Part shown: positions 1 through 10,087 of the stretch, piece by piece
How positions within the stretch are numbered: position 1 is the stretch's first letter
Layout: every line of letters begins with the position of its first letter
DNA from: Candidatus Accumulibacter sp. 66-26
GTDB lineage: Bacteria; Pseudomonadota; Gammaproteobacteria; Burkholderiales; Rhodocyclaceae
NCBI GenBank assembly: GCA_001897745.1
Contig: MKUH01000019.1
Location: 250,332-314,331, forward strand
Direction: 5' to 3'
Length of the DNA: 64,000 nucleotides
The notes under the pieces: generated by a model
Seen by the model: only the letters and a program-made list of their open reading frames with translations
Told to the model about the DNA's origin: nothing
Database searches by the model: none
Made by a program: the position numbers and the translations under genes

Positions 1-24
1 CGCACTCACCGGACCCCTCTGCCG

Positions 25-531
25 ATGCCGCTCACTGACCTGCCCGACGCCGAGGCGCAATGCGCCGAACTGGCCGACCTCATCCGCCCGCGGCTGCAAG
101 CCGACACCGCCCTGGTCGGCATCCACAGCGGCGGCGCCTGGATCGCCCGCCGCCTGCGCGAACTGCTGCAGCTGCCCGACGAGATCGGCCTGATCGACGT
201 CTCCTTCTACCGCGACGACTTCGGCGCCAAGGGCCTGCACCCGCAGATCAAGCCGACGACGATTCCCTTCGACGTCGAAGGGCGGCCGCTGATCCTCGTC
301 GACGACGTGCTCTACACCGGGCGCACGACGCGCGCCGCGATCAACGAACTGTTCGACTACGGCCGCCCGGCCAGCATCGAGCTCGCCGTGCTGGCCGACC
401 GCGGCGGCCGCGAGCTGCCGATCTGCGCGCAGTACTGCACCTGGCAGATCGACCTCGCCGACGACGAGGAGCTGGTGCTCGAACCCGACGCCGACGAACG
501 CCTGCAATGGAGACTGGCCCGCCATGCGTAA
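25..531 (+). CDS. pyrR: PyrR, pyrimidine operon regulator / uracil phosphoribosyltransferase
   Basis: 168-aa ORF with a PRTase PRPP-binding motif ([17 protein letters not shown]). It overlaps pyrB by 8 nt. Confidence 0.9.
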   Translation: MPLTDLPDAEAQCAELADLIRPRLQADTALVGIHSGGAWIARRLRELLQLPDEIGLIDVSFYRDDFGAKGLHPQIKPTTIPFDVEGRPLILVDDVLYTGRTTRAAINELFDYGRPASIELAVLADRGGRELPICAQYCTWQIDLADDEELVLEPDADERLQWRLARHA

Positions 532-1483
532 CCCGCAGCTGAACGCCCACGGCGAACTCACGCACCTGCTGTCGACCGACGGCCTGCCGCGCGAGGTCAT
601 CACGCAGATCCTCGACACCGCGTCGAGCTTCCTCGAGGTCTCCGACCGCGACGTGAAGAAGGTGCCGCTGCTGCGCGGCAAGAGCGTCTTCAACGTCTTC
701 TTCGAGAATTCGACGCGCACGCGCACGACCTTCGAGATCGCCGCCAAGCGCCTCTCGGCCGACGTGATCAATCTCGACGTCGCGCGCTCGTCGACGGCCA
801 AGGGCGAAACGCTGCTCGACACCGTCGACAACCTCGTCGCCATGCACGCCGACATGTTCGTCGTGCGCCACGCGGCGAGCGGCGCACCCTACCTGATCGC
901 CGAGCACCTGCACCGCGTCGGGCGCACCGACGTGCACGTCGTGAATGCCGGCGACGGGCGCCATGCGCACCCGACGCAGGGCCTGCTCGACATGTACACG
1001 ATCCGCCACTACAAGAAGGATTTTTCCAACCTGACGGTGGCCATCGTCGGCGACATCCTGCACTCGCGCGTCGCGCGCTCCGACATCCACGCGCTGACCA
1101 CGCTCGGCGCCGCCGAGGTGCGCGCCGTCGGCCCGCAGACGCTGCTGCCGACCGCCGTCGAGAAGATGGGCGTGCGCGTCTGCCACGACCTGCGCGAAGG
1201 CATCCGCGGCTGCGACGTGGTGATCATGCTGCGCCTGCAGAACGAGCGCATGAACGGCGCCCTGCTGCCGTCGGCGCGCGAATACTTCAAGTGCTACGGC
1301 CTGACGCCCGAGGTGCTGGCGCTGGCGAAACCGGACGCCATCGTGATGCACCCGGGGCCGATGAACCGCGGCGTCGAGATCGACTCCGAAGTCGCCGATG
1401 GGCCGCAGGCGGTGATCCTGCCGCAGGTCACCTTCGGCATCGCCGTCCGCATGGCGGTCATGAGCATTCTGGCGGGGAACTGA
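524..1483 (+). CDS. pyrB: aspartate carbamoyltransferase catalytic chain
   Basis: 319-aa ORF with [16 protein letters not shown] and HPGP motifs typical of ATCase. Confidence 0.95.
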   Translation: MRNPQLNAHGELTHLLSTDGLPREVITQILDTASSFLEVSDRDVKKVPLLRGKSVFNVFFENSTRTRTTFEIAAKRLSADVINLDVARSSTAKGETLLDTVDNLVAMHADMFVVRHAASGAPYLIAEHLHRVGRTDVHVVNAGDGRHAHPTQGLLDMYTIRHYKKDFSNLTVAIVGDILHSRVARSDIHALTTLGAAEVRAVGPQTLLPTAVEKMGVRVCHDLREGIRGCDVVIMLRLQNERMNGALLPSAREYFKCYGLTPEVLALAKPDAIVMHPGPMNRGVEIDSEVADGPQAVILPQVTFGIAVRMAVMSILAGN

Positions 1484-1487
1484 AACG

Positions 1488-2756
1488 ATGCGCAGCGCAA
1501 CGAACGGAACGCAAATCCACATCCGCAACGGCCGCCTGATCGACCCGCAGAACGGGATCGACGGCCGCCACGACCTCTACATCGTCGACGGGCGCATCGC
1601 CGCCGTCGGCAGCGCGCCGGCCGGCTTCGCGGCGGAACAGACGATCGACGCCGCCGGCTGCGTCGTCTGCCCCGGCCTCGTCGACCTGTCGACGCGCCTC
1701 GGCGGCCTCGAATCCGAACTCGAAGCGGCGGTCGCCGGCGGCATCACCGCGCTCGCCTGTCCGCCCGATACCAACCCGCCGCTCGACGAACCGGGCCTCG
1801 TCGAGCGCCTCGTGCGGCGCAGCGAAACGCTGGGCCTCGCGCGCGTCTTCCCGATCGGCGCGCTGACCCAGCAGCTGGCCGGCGAAAAGCTCGCCGAGAT
1901 GAGCGGCCTGGCACGCGCCGGCTGCATCGCCTTCTCGCAGGCCAAGCACCCGATCGTCGACACGCAGGTCCTGCTGCGCGCGATGCAGTACGCGGCCACC
2001 TTCGGTTACGCGATCCGCCTGCAGCCGCAGGATTCGCAGCTGGCGCGCGACGGCGTCGCGCACGACGGCGAGGTCGCCTCGCGCCTCGGCCTCACCGGCA
2101 TCCCGGTCTGCGCCGAGACGGTGGCCATCGCCACCGCGCTGCAGCTGGCGCGCGAAACCGGCGCCCGCCTGCATCTCGCCCGCCTCTCGTCGGCCGCCGG
2201 CATCGCCCTGGTGCGCGAAGCGAAGCGCGGCGGCGTCGCGGTCAGCTGCGACGTGGCGATCCACCACCTGCACCTCTCGGAAATGGACATCGGCTTCTTC
2301 GACAGCAACGCCCGCTTCGATCCGCCGCTGCGCGCCGCGAGCGACCGCGACGCGCTGCGCGCCGCCGCCGCCGAGGGTTTGGCCGCCGTCTGCTCGGACC
2401 ACACGCCGGTCGACGCCGACGGCAAGCAACTGCCCTTCGGCGAAGCGCTGCCCGGCGCCACGGCGCTCGAACTGATGCTGCCGCTGACCCTGAAATGGGC
2501 GTCCGAAGCCAAGCTGCCGCTGGCCGCCGCGCTGGCCCGCGTCACCTGCGACCCGGCCGCCATCCTCGGCATCGCCGCCGGTACGCTGGGCGTCGGCGCG
2601 GCGGCCGACGTCTGCGTTTTCAATCCCGAAGAGCCCTGGCGCGTCACCCCGGAAACGCTGCGCAGCCGGGGCAAGAACACGCCCTTCCTGGGCTGGGAGA
2701 TGGCCGGCAAGGTGCGCGCCACGCTGGTCGGCGGGCGCGTCGTTTTCGGCGGCTAG
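1488..2756 (+). CDS. dihydroorotase-like protein, probably non-catalytic (PyrC-prime type)
   Basis: 422-aa amidohydrolase-like ORF directly after pyrB. The position of the DxHxH metal motif reads VDLSTRL (nt 1683-1697). Confidence 0.85.
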   Translation: MRSATNGTQIHIRNGRLIDPQNGIDGRHDLYIVDGRIAAVGSAPAGFAAEQTIDAAGCVVCPGLVDLSTRLGGLESELEAAVAGGITALACPPDTNPPLDEPGLVERLVRRSETLGLARVFPIGALTQQLAGEKLAEMSGLARAGCIAFSQAKHPIVDTQVLLRAMQYAATFGYAIRLQPQDSQLARDGVAHDGEVASRLGLTGIPVCAETVAIATALQLARETGARLHLARLSSAAGIALVREAKRGGVAVSCDVAIHHLHLSEMDIGFFDSNARFDPPLRAASDRDALRAAAAEGLAAVCSDHTPVDADGKQLPFGEALPGATALELMLPLTLKWASEAKLPLAAALARVTCDPAAILGIAAGTLGVGAAADVCVFNPEEPWRVTPETLRSRGKNTPFLGWEMAGKVRATLVGGRVVFGG

Positions 2757-2791
2757 AAGGAGGAGGGCGAGGGCGAGGGCGGCGCCGGGCG

Positions 2792-3091
2792 TCAGGCGCC
2801 GAGCAGGCGCTGCGCCGCGTCGGCCGGCGCGGCGCCCACCTCGAGCACCTTGCGCCGCGAGGTCTGGCCGCTCTTCAGACTGACCGCAGATTTCGCCACG
2901 CCGAGCCGCGCGGCGACGAATTCGATCAGCGCGGCATTGGCCTTGCCGTCGACCGGCGGCGCCGCGAGACGAATCTTCAGCACATCGCCGTACAGCCCGG
3001 CGACTTCGCTTTTCTTGGCGCCGGGCTGGATGTGCAGGGTCAGCGTGATGCGCCCGGCGTCGCCGGCGGCGACGCGCAGCCAGTCGGCCAT
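2792..3091 (-). CDS. yggU: DUF167 / YggU family protein
   Basis: 99 aa starting from the internal ATG (MADWLRV...). PVDGKAN motif. Its ATG shares one nt with the yggT stop (TGATG). Confidence 0.85.
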   Translation of the reverse strand: MADWLRVAAGDAGRITLTLHIQPGAKKSEVAGLYGDVLKIRLAAPPVDGKANAALIEFVAARLGVAKSAVSLKSGQTSRRKVLEVGAAPADAAQRLLGA

Positions 3092-3639
3092 CAGAGGAAG
3101 ATCAGGACGACCTGCGCGAGCAGGATGGCGATCAGCGGCGACAGGTCGATGTTGGCGATCGGCGGCACGAAGCGACGGATCGGCGCGAGGAAGGGGCGGG
3201 TCAGCTGCGCCACCGGCTGCCCGATCGGCGAGTAGGGATTGACCCAGGACAGCACCGCCTGCAGCAGCAGGGCGCCGATCAGCAGGTAGATCGACAGGCG
3301 CAAGATGCCCAGCGTGCCCTGCCAGAGCACGATGCCGAGCAGGCGCTCGGTCGGCAGCATCTCCAGCCCGCCGCGCAGCGCAAGCGCGACGAAGACGAGG
3401 AAAACCTGCAGCAGCCAGGCCGGCAGCAGGCTCGCCAGATCGAGTCCGAAGAGGCCGGGCAGCACCTTGCGCAGCGGTTTGACGAGACCGTTGGTGAGCT
3501 GCACGACGAAGGCGCCGAGCTGGTTGGCGAAGGAAACGCGAAAAGCCTGCATGTAGAAGCGCAGGAGCAGCGCGATGCACAGGAAACCGACCAGCGCGTT
3601 GAGCAGGAAAAGTCCGGCCTCGATCATTCCGCCTCCCAT
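3091..3639 (-). CDS. yggT: YggT family integral membrane protein
   Basis: Hydrophobic ORF of about 180 aa (MGGGMIEAGLFLLNALVGF...). An alternative ATG lies at 3627. It sits in the conserved yggS-proC-yggT-yggU order. Confidence 0.85.
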   Translation of the reverse strand: MGGGMIEAGLFLLNALVGFLCIALLLRFYMQAFRVSFANQLGAFVVQLTNGLVKPLRKVLPGLFGLDLASLLPAWLLQVFLVFVALALRGGLEMLPTERLLGIVLWQGTLGILRLSIYLLIGALLLQAVLSWVNPYSPIGQPVAQLTRPFLAPIRRFVPPIANIDLSPLIAILLAQVVLIFL

Positions 3640-3641
3640 CG

Positions 3642-4454
3642 TCAATCCTTGCCCAGCTGCTCGCCGAGCTCGCGTCCGCGCGCGTCGGCGGCGAACACGC
3701 CGGCGACGATGCCGTCCTTGACGCCGCGCTCGGCCATCGCCTGCAGCGCCGCCGCGGTGGTGCCGCCTTTCGAGGTGACGCGCTCGCGCAGCACGCTCGC
3801 CGGCTCGTCCGACTGCGCGGCCAGCCGTGCCGCGCCGAGCGTCGTCTCGATCGCCATCTGGCGCGCCTGCGCGGGTGTGAAGCCGAGGTCGGCGGCGGCC
3901 TGCTGCAGCGCCTCGATGAACAGGAAGACGTAGGCCGGGCCGCTGCCGGAAACGGCGGTCACTGCGTCCATCTGCGCCTCGTCGGCGATCCACAGCGTGC
4001 TGCCGACCGCCTGCAGGATGCGTTCTGCGCTCGCCCGCTCGTCGGCGGAAACGGCCGGCGCGGCGCACAGGCCGGTGACGCCGGCGCCGATCAGGGCCGG
4101 CGTATTCGGCATCGCGCGCACCAGCTTCGCGTGGCCGCCGAGCCAGCGCGCCAGGTCGGCCAGCCGCAGGCCGGCGGCGATGCTGATCACCAGTTGCTGC
4201 CCGAGCAGCGGCACGAGCGGCGCGCAGGCGTCGCGCATCTGCTGCGGCTTGACCGCGAGCAGCAGCACGTCGCAGGCCAGCGCCGCCGCGTCGGGCGCCG
4301 CGTAGCAGCGCACGCCGAAACCCTGTTCGAGGCGCGCGCGACCTTCGCCGGAAAGTTCGATGACGGCGATGTCGTTCGCCGCGAAGCCGGTTTTCAGCAG
4401 GCCGCCGATCAGCGCGTTGGCCATGTTGCCGCCGCCGAGGAAGGTAATCTTCAT
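3642..4454 (-). CDS. proC: pyrroline-5-carboxylate reductase
   Basis: 270 aa with an N-terminal Rossmann motif (ITFLGGGNMANALIGG) and a C-terminal SKGGTT motif. I chose the internal ATG at 4454 over the long GC-shadow extension in the ORF track. Confidence 0.93.
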   Translation of the reverse strand: MKITFLGGGNMANALIGGLLKTGFAANDIAVIELSGEGRARLEQGFGVRCYAAPDAAALACDVLLLAVKPQQMRDACAPLVPLLGQQLVISIAAGLRLADLARWLGGHAKLVRAMPNTPALIGAGVTGLCAAPAVSADERASAERILQAVGSTLWIADEAQMDAVTAVSGSGPAYVFLFIEALQQAAADLGFTPAQARQMAIETTLGAARLAAQSDEPASVLRERVTSKGGTTAAALQAMAERGVKDGIVAGVFAADARGRELGEQLGKD

Positions 4455-5140
4455 GCGTAGTTTCTTTCGCCAAAAATCGCGGTGCCGACGCGCACCAGCG
4501 TCGCCCCCTCGGCGATCGCCGCCTCGAGGTCGTGCGACATGCCCATCGACAGCGTGTCGAGCGGCAGGCCGCCGGCCCGCAGTTGATCGTAGATTTCGCG
4601 CAAGCGCCGGAACGGCGCGCGCTGCGCGGCAAAGTCGGCGGCCGGCGCCGGAATCGCCATCAGGCCGCGCAGACGCAGGCCGGGCAGGGCGGCGACGCGG
4701 CGCGCCAGATCCTCGACCGCGTCGGGCGCGACGCCGCTCTTCGTCGCCTCGCCGCTGACGTTCACCTGCAGGCACACGGAGAGCGGCGGCAGCGTCGCCG
4801 GGCGCTGCTCGGCGAGCCGCTCGGCAATCTTCAGGCGGTCGATCGAATGCACCCAGTCGAAATGCTCGGCGACGACGCGTGTCTTGTTGCTCTGCAGCGG
4901 GCCGATGAAATGCCACTCGAGGCCGAGGTCCGCCAGTTCGGCCACCTTGGCGACGCCTTCCTGGACATAGTTTTCGCCGAAGGCGCGCTGCCCGGCGAGC
5001 GCCGCTTCGCGCACGTCGGCGGCCGGCCAGGTCTTGCTCACGGCGAGCAGGCGAACCGCGCCGGAAGCGCGCCCGTGCTCGCGCCTAGCCCGGTCGACAC
5101 GCGCGAGAACGGCTTGCAGGTTGGAGGAAATTGTTGTCAT
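4451..5140 (-). CDS. yggS: YggS family pyridoxal-phosphate homeostasis protein
   Basis: 229 aa from MTTISSNL with the LLAVSKT PLP-lysine motif. The stop overlaps the proC start. Confidence 0.9.
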   Translation of the reverse strand: MTTISSNLQAVLARVDRARREHGRASGAVRLLAVSKTWPAADVREAALAGQRAFGENYVQEGVAKVAELADLGLEWHFIGPLQSNKTRVVAEHFDWVHSIDRLKIAERLAEQRPATLPPLSVCLQVNVSGEATKSGVAPDAVEDLARRVAALPGLRLRGLMAIPAPAADFAAQRAPFRRLREIYDQLRAGGLPLDTLSMGMSHDLEAAIAEGATLVRVGTAIFGERNYA

Positions 5141-5241
5141 AATCGGGCGCTGCGCAGATGCGGCAAAGTATAGCATCGCATCCCGCCCGCCACGTTCCGC
5201 ACTCTCCCACGCTCCGCTCACAGTCTGAGGATCCTACCCGG

Positions 5242-6285
5242 ATGGACATCACCGAACTCCTAGCCTTCGGCGTCAAGAACAAGGCGTCCGACCTGCACCT
5301 GTCGTCCGGCCTGCCGCCGATGATCCGCGTGCATGGCGACGTACGCCGCATCAACCTGCCGGCCATGGAGCACAAGGACGTACACGCCATGGTGTACGAC
5401 ATCATGAACGACGGCCAGCGCAAGATCTACGAGGAGACGCTCGAGTGCGACTTCTCGTTCGAAGTGCCCAATCTGGCGCGTTTCCGGGTCAATGCCTTCA
5501 ACCAGCAGCGCGGCGCCGGCGCCGTGTTCCGCACGATTCCGTCGAAGGTCCTCTCGCTCGAGGAACTCGGCTGCCCGAAAATCTTCAAGGACATCTCCGA
5601 ATTTCCGCGCGGCATCGTCCTCGTCACCGGCCCGACCGGCTCGGGCAAGTCGACGACGCTGGCGGCGATGATCAACCACATCAACGAGAACGACCACGGC
5701 CACATCCTCACCGTCGAGGACCCGATCGAATTCGTGCATGAATCGAAGAAGTGCCTGATCAACCAGCGCGAGGTCGGCCCGCACACGCTGTCCTTCAACA
5801 ACGCGCTGCGCTCGGCGCTGCGCGAGGACCCGGACGTGATCCTGGTCGGCGAAATGCGCGACCTCGAAACGATCCGTCTGGCGCTGACCGGCGCCGAGAC
5901 CGGCCACCTGGTGTTCGGCACGCTGCACACCTCGAGCGCGGCGAAGACCGTCGACCGTATCGTCGACGTCTTCCCGGCGGCGGAAAAGGAAATGGTCCGC
6001 TCGATGCTCTCCGAATCGCTGCGCGCGGTGATTTCGCAGACGCTGCTCAAGACCAAGGACGGCACCGGTCGCGTCGCGGCGCACGAGATCATGCTCGGCA
6101 CCCCGGCGATCCGCAACCTGATCCGCGAGAACAAGGTGGCGCAGATGTATTCGTCGATCCAGACCGGCCAGCAGTTCGGCATGCAGACGCTCGACCAGAA
6201 CCTGCTCGACCTCGTGCGCCGCAACGTCGTCTCGGCCAACGAAGCCCGCGGCAAGGCCGCCAACAAGGACGCCTTCCCGGGCTAG
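5242..6285 (+). CDS. pilT: type IV pilus retraction ATPase PilT
   Basis: 347 aa from MDITELL with Walker A GPTGSGKST and the AIRNLIRE motif. It is divergent from yggS, as in Pseudomonas. Confidence 0.93.
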   Translation: MDITELLAFGVKNKASDLHLSSGLPPMIRVHGDVRRINLPAMEHKDVHAMVYDIMNDGQRKIYEETLECDFSFEVPNLARFRVNAFNQQRGAGAVFRTIPSKVLSLEELGCPKIFKDISEFPRGIVLVTGPTGSGKSTTLAAMINHINENDHGHILTVEDPIEFVHESKKCLINQREVGPHTLSFNNALRSALREDPDVILVGEMRDLETIRLALTGAETGHLVFGTLHTSSAAKTVDRIVDVFPAAEKEMVRSMLSESLRAVISQTLLKTKDGTGRVAAHEIMLGTPAIRNLIRENKVAQMYSSIQTGQQFGMQTLDQNLLDLVRRNVVSANEARGKAANKDAFPG

Positions 6286-6319
6286 TGGGTTCGGGGAGCA
6301 AGGCTGGAAGGAAGACGCA

Positions 6320-7456
6320 ATGGAACGCGATCAGGCACTGAAATTCATGCACGACCTGCTGCGCCTGATGGCGCAGAAAAATGGCTCGGACCTCTTCATC
6401 ACCGCCAATTTCCCGCCGGCGATCAAGATCGACGGCAAGGTGATGCCGGTCTCGAATCAGGCGCTCAACGCGCAGCACACCGCCGAACTCGCGCGCGCGA
6501 TCATGAACGACCGTCAGGCCGCCGAGTTCGAGTCGAGCAAGGAGTGCAATTTCGCCATCTCGCCGTCGGGCATCGGGCGCTTCCGCGTCAATGCGCTGGT
6601 CCAGCAGGGGCGCGTCGCCGTCGTCTGCCGCACGATCAACATGTCGATCCCGACGCTCGACGAACTCGGTCTGCCGCCGGTGCTCAAGGACATCGCGATG
6701 ACCAAGCGCGGCCTCGTCATCTTCGTCGGCGGCACCGGCACCGGTAAGACGACCTCGCTCGCGGCGCTCGTCGACTACCGCAACCAGAACAGCCACGGCC
6801 ACATCATCACGATCGAGGACCCGGTCGAGTACATCCACGAGCACAAGAACTGCATCGTCACGCAGCGCGAAGTCGGCGTCGATACCGACAGCTGGGAAGC
6901 GGCGCTGAAGAACACGCTGCGCCAGGCGCCCGATGTCATCCTGATGGGCGAAATCCGCGACCGCGAGACGATGGACTACGCCGTCGCCTTCGCCGAAACC
7001 GGCCACCTGTGCCTCGCCACCCTGCACGCCAACAGCGCCAACCAGGCGATCGACCGGATCATCAACTTCTTCCCCGAGGAGCGCCGCCAGCAGCTGCTGA
7101 TGGACCTCTCGCTGAACCTGCGCGGACTCGTCTCGCAGCGCCTGCTGCCCAAGAAGGACGGCAAGGGGCGCGTCGCGGCGATCGAGGTCATGCTCAACTC
7201 ACCGCTCATCTCCGACCTCATCTTCAAGGGCGAGGTGCAGGAGATCAAGGAGATCATGAAGAAGTCGCGCGAGCTCGGCATGCAGACCTTCGACCAGGCG
7301 CTGTTCGACCACTACGAGGGCGGCCGCATCACCTACGAGGACGCGCTGCGCAACGCCGACTCGATCAACGACCTGCGCCTGCAGATCAAGCTGCACGGCA
7401 AGGAGTCGAAGGACCGCGACCTCACCTCCGGCATCGGCCACCTCGACATCGTCTGA
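6320..7456 (+). CDS. pilU: PilT-family ATPase PilU
   Basis: 378 aa with Walker A GGTGTGKTT, directly downstream of pilT. Confidence 0.9.
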   Translation: MERDQALKFMHDLLRLMAQKNGSDLFITANFPPAIKIDGKVMPVSNQALNAQHTAELARAIMNDRQAAEFESSKECNFAISPSGIGRFRVNALVQQGRVAVVCRTINMSIPTLDELGLPPVLKDIAMTKRGLVIFVGGTGTGKTTSLAALVDYRNQNSHGHIITIEDPVEYIHEHKNCIVTQREVGVDTDSWEAALKNTLRQAPDVILMGEIRDRETMDYAVAFAETGHLCLATLHANSANQAIDRIINFFPEERRQQLLMDLSLNLRGLVSQRLLPKKDGKGRVAAIEVMLNSPLISDLIFKGEVQEIKEIMKKSRELGMQTFDQALFDHYEGGRITYEDALRNADSINDLRLQIKLHGKESKDRDLTSGIGHLDIV

Positions 7457-7503
7457 GGTCATGCGGCAATACGGCGCTGGCCGCGGCGAGGCCGCGCGCG
7501 GGC

Positions 7504-7535
7504 CGTTCCTTGCCAGCTAGCCCGGGCAAGGAACG
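7504..7535. terminator. hairpin between convergent pilU and the methyltransferase gene
   Basis: An 11-bp stem (cgttccttgcc / ggcaaggaacg) around a 10-nt loop. There is no clear U tract on either strand. Confidence 0.3.
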
Positions 7536-7544
7536 ACCTTCACC

Positions 7545-8711
7545 TCACTGCGGCGGGGGCGCTTCTCCGGACTTCGGCCGGTTGCTCCCCGCGACCATCT
7601 TGAACTCGTACAGCCGGCATTCGATGGCGCCGTTGAAGAGCGGCGTCTTCTTGCTCGGCGTCAGGCGCATCAGCTTGGGCAGGCGATTGTCGGCGGTGAA
7701 CAGGTAGCAGTTCCAGCCGGCGAACTTGCGTTTCAGCGCGCTGCCGAGTTCCGGATAGAAAGTCGCGAGTTCGTCGAGTTCGGACAGCCGCTCGCCGTAG
7801 GGCGGGTTGGCGACCATCACGCCGCTCGCCGCCGGCGCATCGATTTCGAGGACGTCGCCCGACGCGAGGCGGACCGCCGGCAGCAGGCCGGCGCGGTCGA
7901 GATTGGCGAGCGCGGCGCGCACGGCGACCGGCGACTGGTCGCTGCCGTAGATCTGCGCGAAGGCGGCCGGCTGCTCGGCGTCCATCGCCTCGTCGAGCAG
8001 ACGCTTCCACAGCGGCAGATCGAAGTTGCGCAGGCGCTGGAAGCCGAAATCGCGGCCGGCCCCCGGAGCGATGCCGAGCGCCATCTGCGCCGCCTCGACG
8101 AGGAAGGTGCCGCTGCCGCACATCGGATCGATCAGCGGCGTCCCCGGCTGCCAGCCGGAAAGACGCAGGATGCCGGCGGCGAGATTCTCCTTGAGCGGCG
8201 CCTCGACCGTCTTCTGGCGCAGGCCGCGCTGGTAGAGCGGGGCGCCCGAGGTGTCGACGTAGAGCGTGCATTCCTCGGCGGTCAGAAAGCCCTGGATGCG
8301 CACGTCCGGCGCGCGCGTGTCGACGCTCGGCCGCTTGTCCGTCTCGCGCCGGAAGCGGTCGCAGACCGCGTCCTTGATGCGCAGCGTGATGAACTCGAGG
8401 CTCTTGAGCGGGCTCTTCACCGCGGTGACATCGACGCGGATCGTCTGCGCCGCGGTGAACCACTGCGGCCACGCCGTGTCGAGCGCCAGACGATAGATGT
8501 CGTCCTCCTTCGCGTAGCGGCCGTGCGCGACGCGCCAGAGCACGCGCGTGGCGATCCGCGAATGCAGGTTGATGGCGTAGCAGGCCGGCCACTCGGCGGC
8601 GAAATGCACGCCGCCGGGCGTCTGCTTCAGGTGCTCGACGCCGACCGCGCGCAGGTCTTCCGCGAGCAGGGCTTCGAGGCCACGCGGGCAGGAGGCGAAA
8701 AATTTTTCCAC
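7545..8711 (-). CDS. THUMP-domain class I SAM-dependent RNA methyltransferase (RlmL/COG0116-like)
   Basis: 388 aa with the SAM motif DPMCGSGT and the catalytic NPPYG motif. Confidence 0.85.
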   Translation of the reverse strand: MEKFFASCPRGLEALLAEDLRAVGVEHLKQTPGGVHFAAEWPACYAINLHSRIATRVLWRVAHGRYAKEDDIYRLALDTAWPQWFTAAQTIRVDVTAVKSPLKSLEFITLRIKDAVCDRFRRETDKRPSVDTRAPDVRIQGFLTAEECTLYVDTSGAPLYQRGLRQKTVEAPLKENLAAGILRLSGWQPGTPLIDPMCGSGTFLVEAAQMALGIAPGAGRDFGFQRLRNFDLPLWKRLLDEAMDAEQPAAFAQIYGSDQSPVAVRAALANLDRAGLLPAVRLASGDVLEIDAPAASGVMVANPPYGERLSELDELATFYPELGSALKRKFAGWNCYLFTADNRLPKLMRLTPSKKTPLFNGAIECRLYEFKMVAGSNRPKSGEAPPPQ

Positions 8712-8736
8712 GGAAAATCCAGTTCAGGGTTGGCGT

Positions 8737-9168
8737 TCAGAAGGGTTTGAGGACGACGAGGAAGACCACCGCGAAGAGCACCAGCACCGGCAGCTCGTTG
8801 AACCAGCGGAACCAGACGTGGTGGTGCGCGTCGCGGCCGGCGAGGAAGTCGCGCAGCAGGCGTCCGCAATACAGGTGATAAGCGACGAGCAGCAGGACCA
8901 GCGTTGTCTTGGCGTGCAGCCAGCCGCCGATGGCAATAAATTCGCCGAAGCCGAACCACAGCCAGAAGCCGAGACCGATGGCCAGGATGCCGAGCGGCGT
9001 CATGAAGCGATAGAGCTTGCCGGCCATCAGCAGCAGGCGCTGGCGCTCGGCGACGCTGCCCGGTTCGACCATCGCGAGATTGACGAAGATGCGCGGCAGA
9101 TAGAAAAGGCCGGCGAACCAGGCGACGACCAGCGAAATATGCAGCGCTTTGACGACCAACAACATCAT
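8737..9168 (-). CDS. hemJ: protoporphyrinogen IX oxidase HemJ (UPF0093 membrane protein)
   Basis: 143-aa membrane ORF. The N-terminus KALHISLVVAWFAGLFYLPRIFV matches the HemJ family signature as I recall it. Confidence 0.8.
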   Translation of the reverse strand: MMLLVVKALHISLVVAWFAGLFYLPRIFVNLAMVEPGSVAERQRLLLMAGKLYRFMTPLGILAIGLGFWLWFGFGEFIAIGGWLHAKTTLVLLLVAYHLYCGRLLRDFLAGRDAHHHVWFRWFNELPVLVLFAVVFLVVLKPF

Positions 9169-10049
9169 GCGGGATTCCTTTCAAGCCAGGCAGCAGCGAC
9201 GCCATCCTCGACGCGCGGATAGCGCAGGCGGGCGTGCAGTTCGTGCCTGATACGGTGATTGGCGAGCCGGCGCGACTCGCTCATGAACGACAACTGGATC
9301 GGCGAAAGCTTTGCCTGCGCCTCGGCGCGCGACAGACGCGGCGCGGGCGGCAGGCCGAAACGCCCGGCGACGAGATCGAAATACTCGCCCATCTTCATTT
9401 CCGAATCGTCGCACGCATTGTAGGCACGGTTGGCCCGCCCGTAACGCAGCGCGGCGCAGACGAGCAGCGCGAGATCGTCGGCGTGGATGTGGTTGGTGTA
9501 GACGTCGTCCGCCGCGCACAGGGCCGGCGTGCCCTTTTGCAGGCGCTCGATCGGCAGGCGGTCGGCGGCGTAGATGCCCGGCGCGCGCAGGATGCTGACG
9601 ACGACGCCGTTCTGCCGGCCGAAGGCGCGCAGACGGCGCTCCGCATCGACGCGCCGCGCCGCGCGCGCGGTCGCCGGCGCCAGGCGGCGCGTCTCGTCGA
9701 TGCGCGCGCCGGCGCAGTCGCCATAGACGCCGCTGGTGCTTATATAGACGAGGCGCTGTGGTAGACTTTTTCCCTTCGCCAGGGCCGCCAGCAAGCGGCG
9801 CATGCGGGTATCGACGGCGCCGCGCTCGGGCGGCGGCGCGAAGTGCAGAACGACCTCCGCGAGACCGGCGATACGCGCCAGACTGCGCGCGTCGTCGAGA
9901 TCGGCCAGAACGGGAATGGCACCGGCCCGACGCCACCAGGCGAACTGTTCAGGGTCGCGCAGCAGGGCATGGACCCGGTAGCGACCGACCAGCCTGGGCA
10001 GCACGCGGCGCGCCACGTCGCCGCAACCGACAATCAATAAATTTTGCAC
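9165..10049 (-). CDS. NAD(P)-dependent SDR / epimerase-dehydratase family protein
   Basis: 294 aa with an N-terminal glycine-rich Rossmann motif (LLIVGCGDVA). The stop overlaps the hemJ start (ATGA). Confidence 0.75.
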   Translation of the reverse strand: MQNLLIVGCGDVARRVLPRLVGRYRVHALLRDPEQFAWWRRAGAIPVLADLDDARSLARIAGLAEVVLHFAPPPERGAVDTRMRRLLAALAKGKSLPQRLVYISTSGVYGDCAGARIDETRRLAPATARAARRVDAERRLRAFGRQNGVVVSILRAPGIYAADRLPIERLQKGTPALCAADDVYTNHIHADDLALLVCAALRYGRANRAYNACDDSEMKMGEYFDLVAGRFGLPPAPRLSRAEAQAKLSPIQLSFMSESRRLANHRIRHELHARLRYPRVEDGVAAAWLERNPA

Positions 10050-10087
10050 CGCGCAATTTTACCGGATTCAGGAAACAGGGGAGAGCA

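Noticed and set aside
9758-10087. The 110-aa N-terminal extension of the ferredoxin-reductase ORF in the track (start at 9758).
   Set aside because: The extension is Arg/Pro-rich shadow sequence that overlaps the SDR gene on the other strand. The internal ATG at 10088 follows a GGGGAGAG ribosome-binding site and begins the recognisable 2Fe-2S domain.
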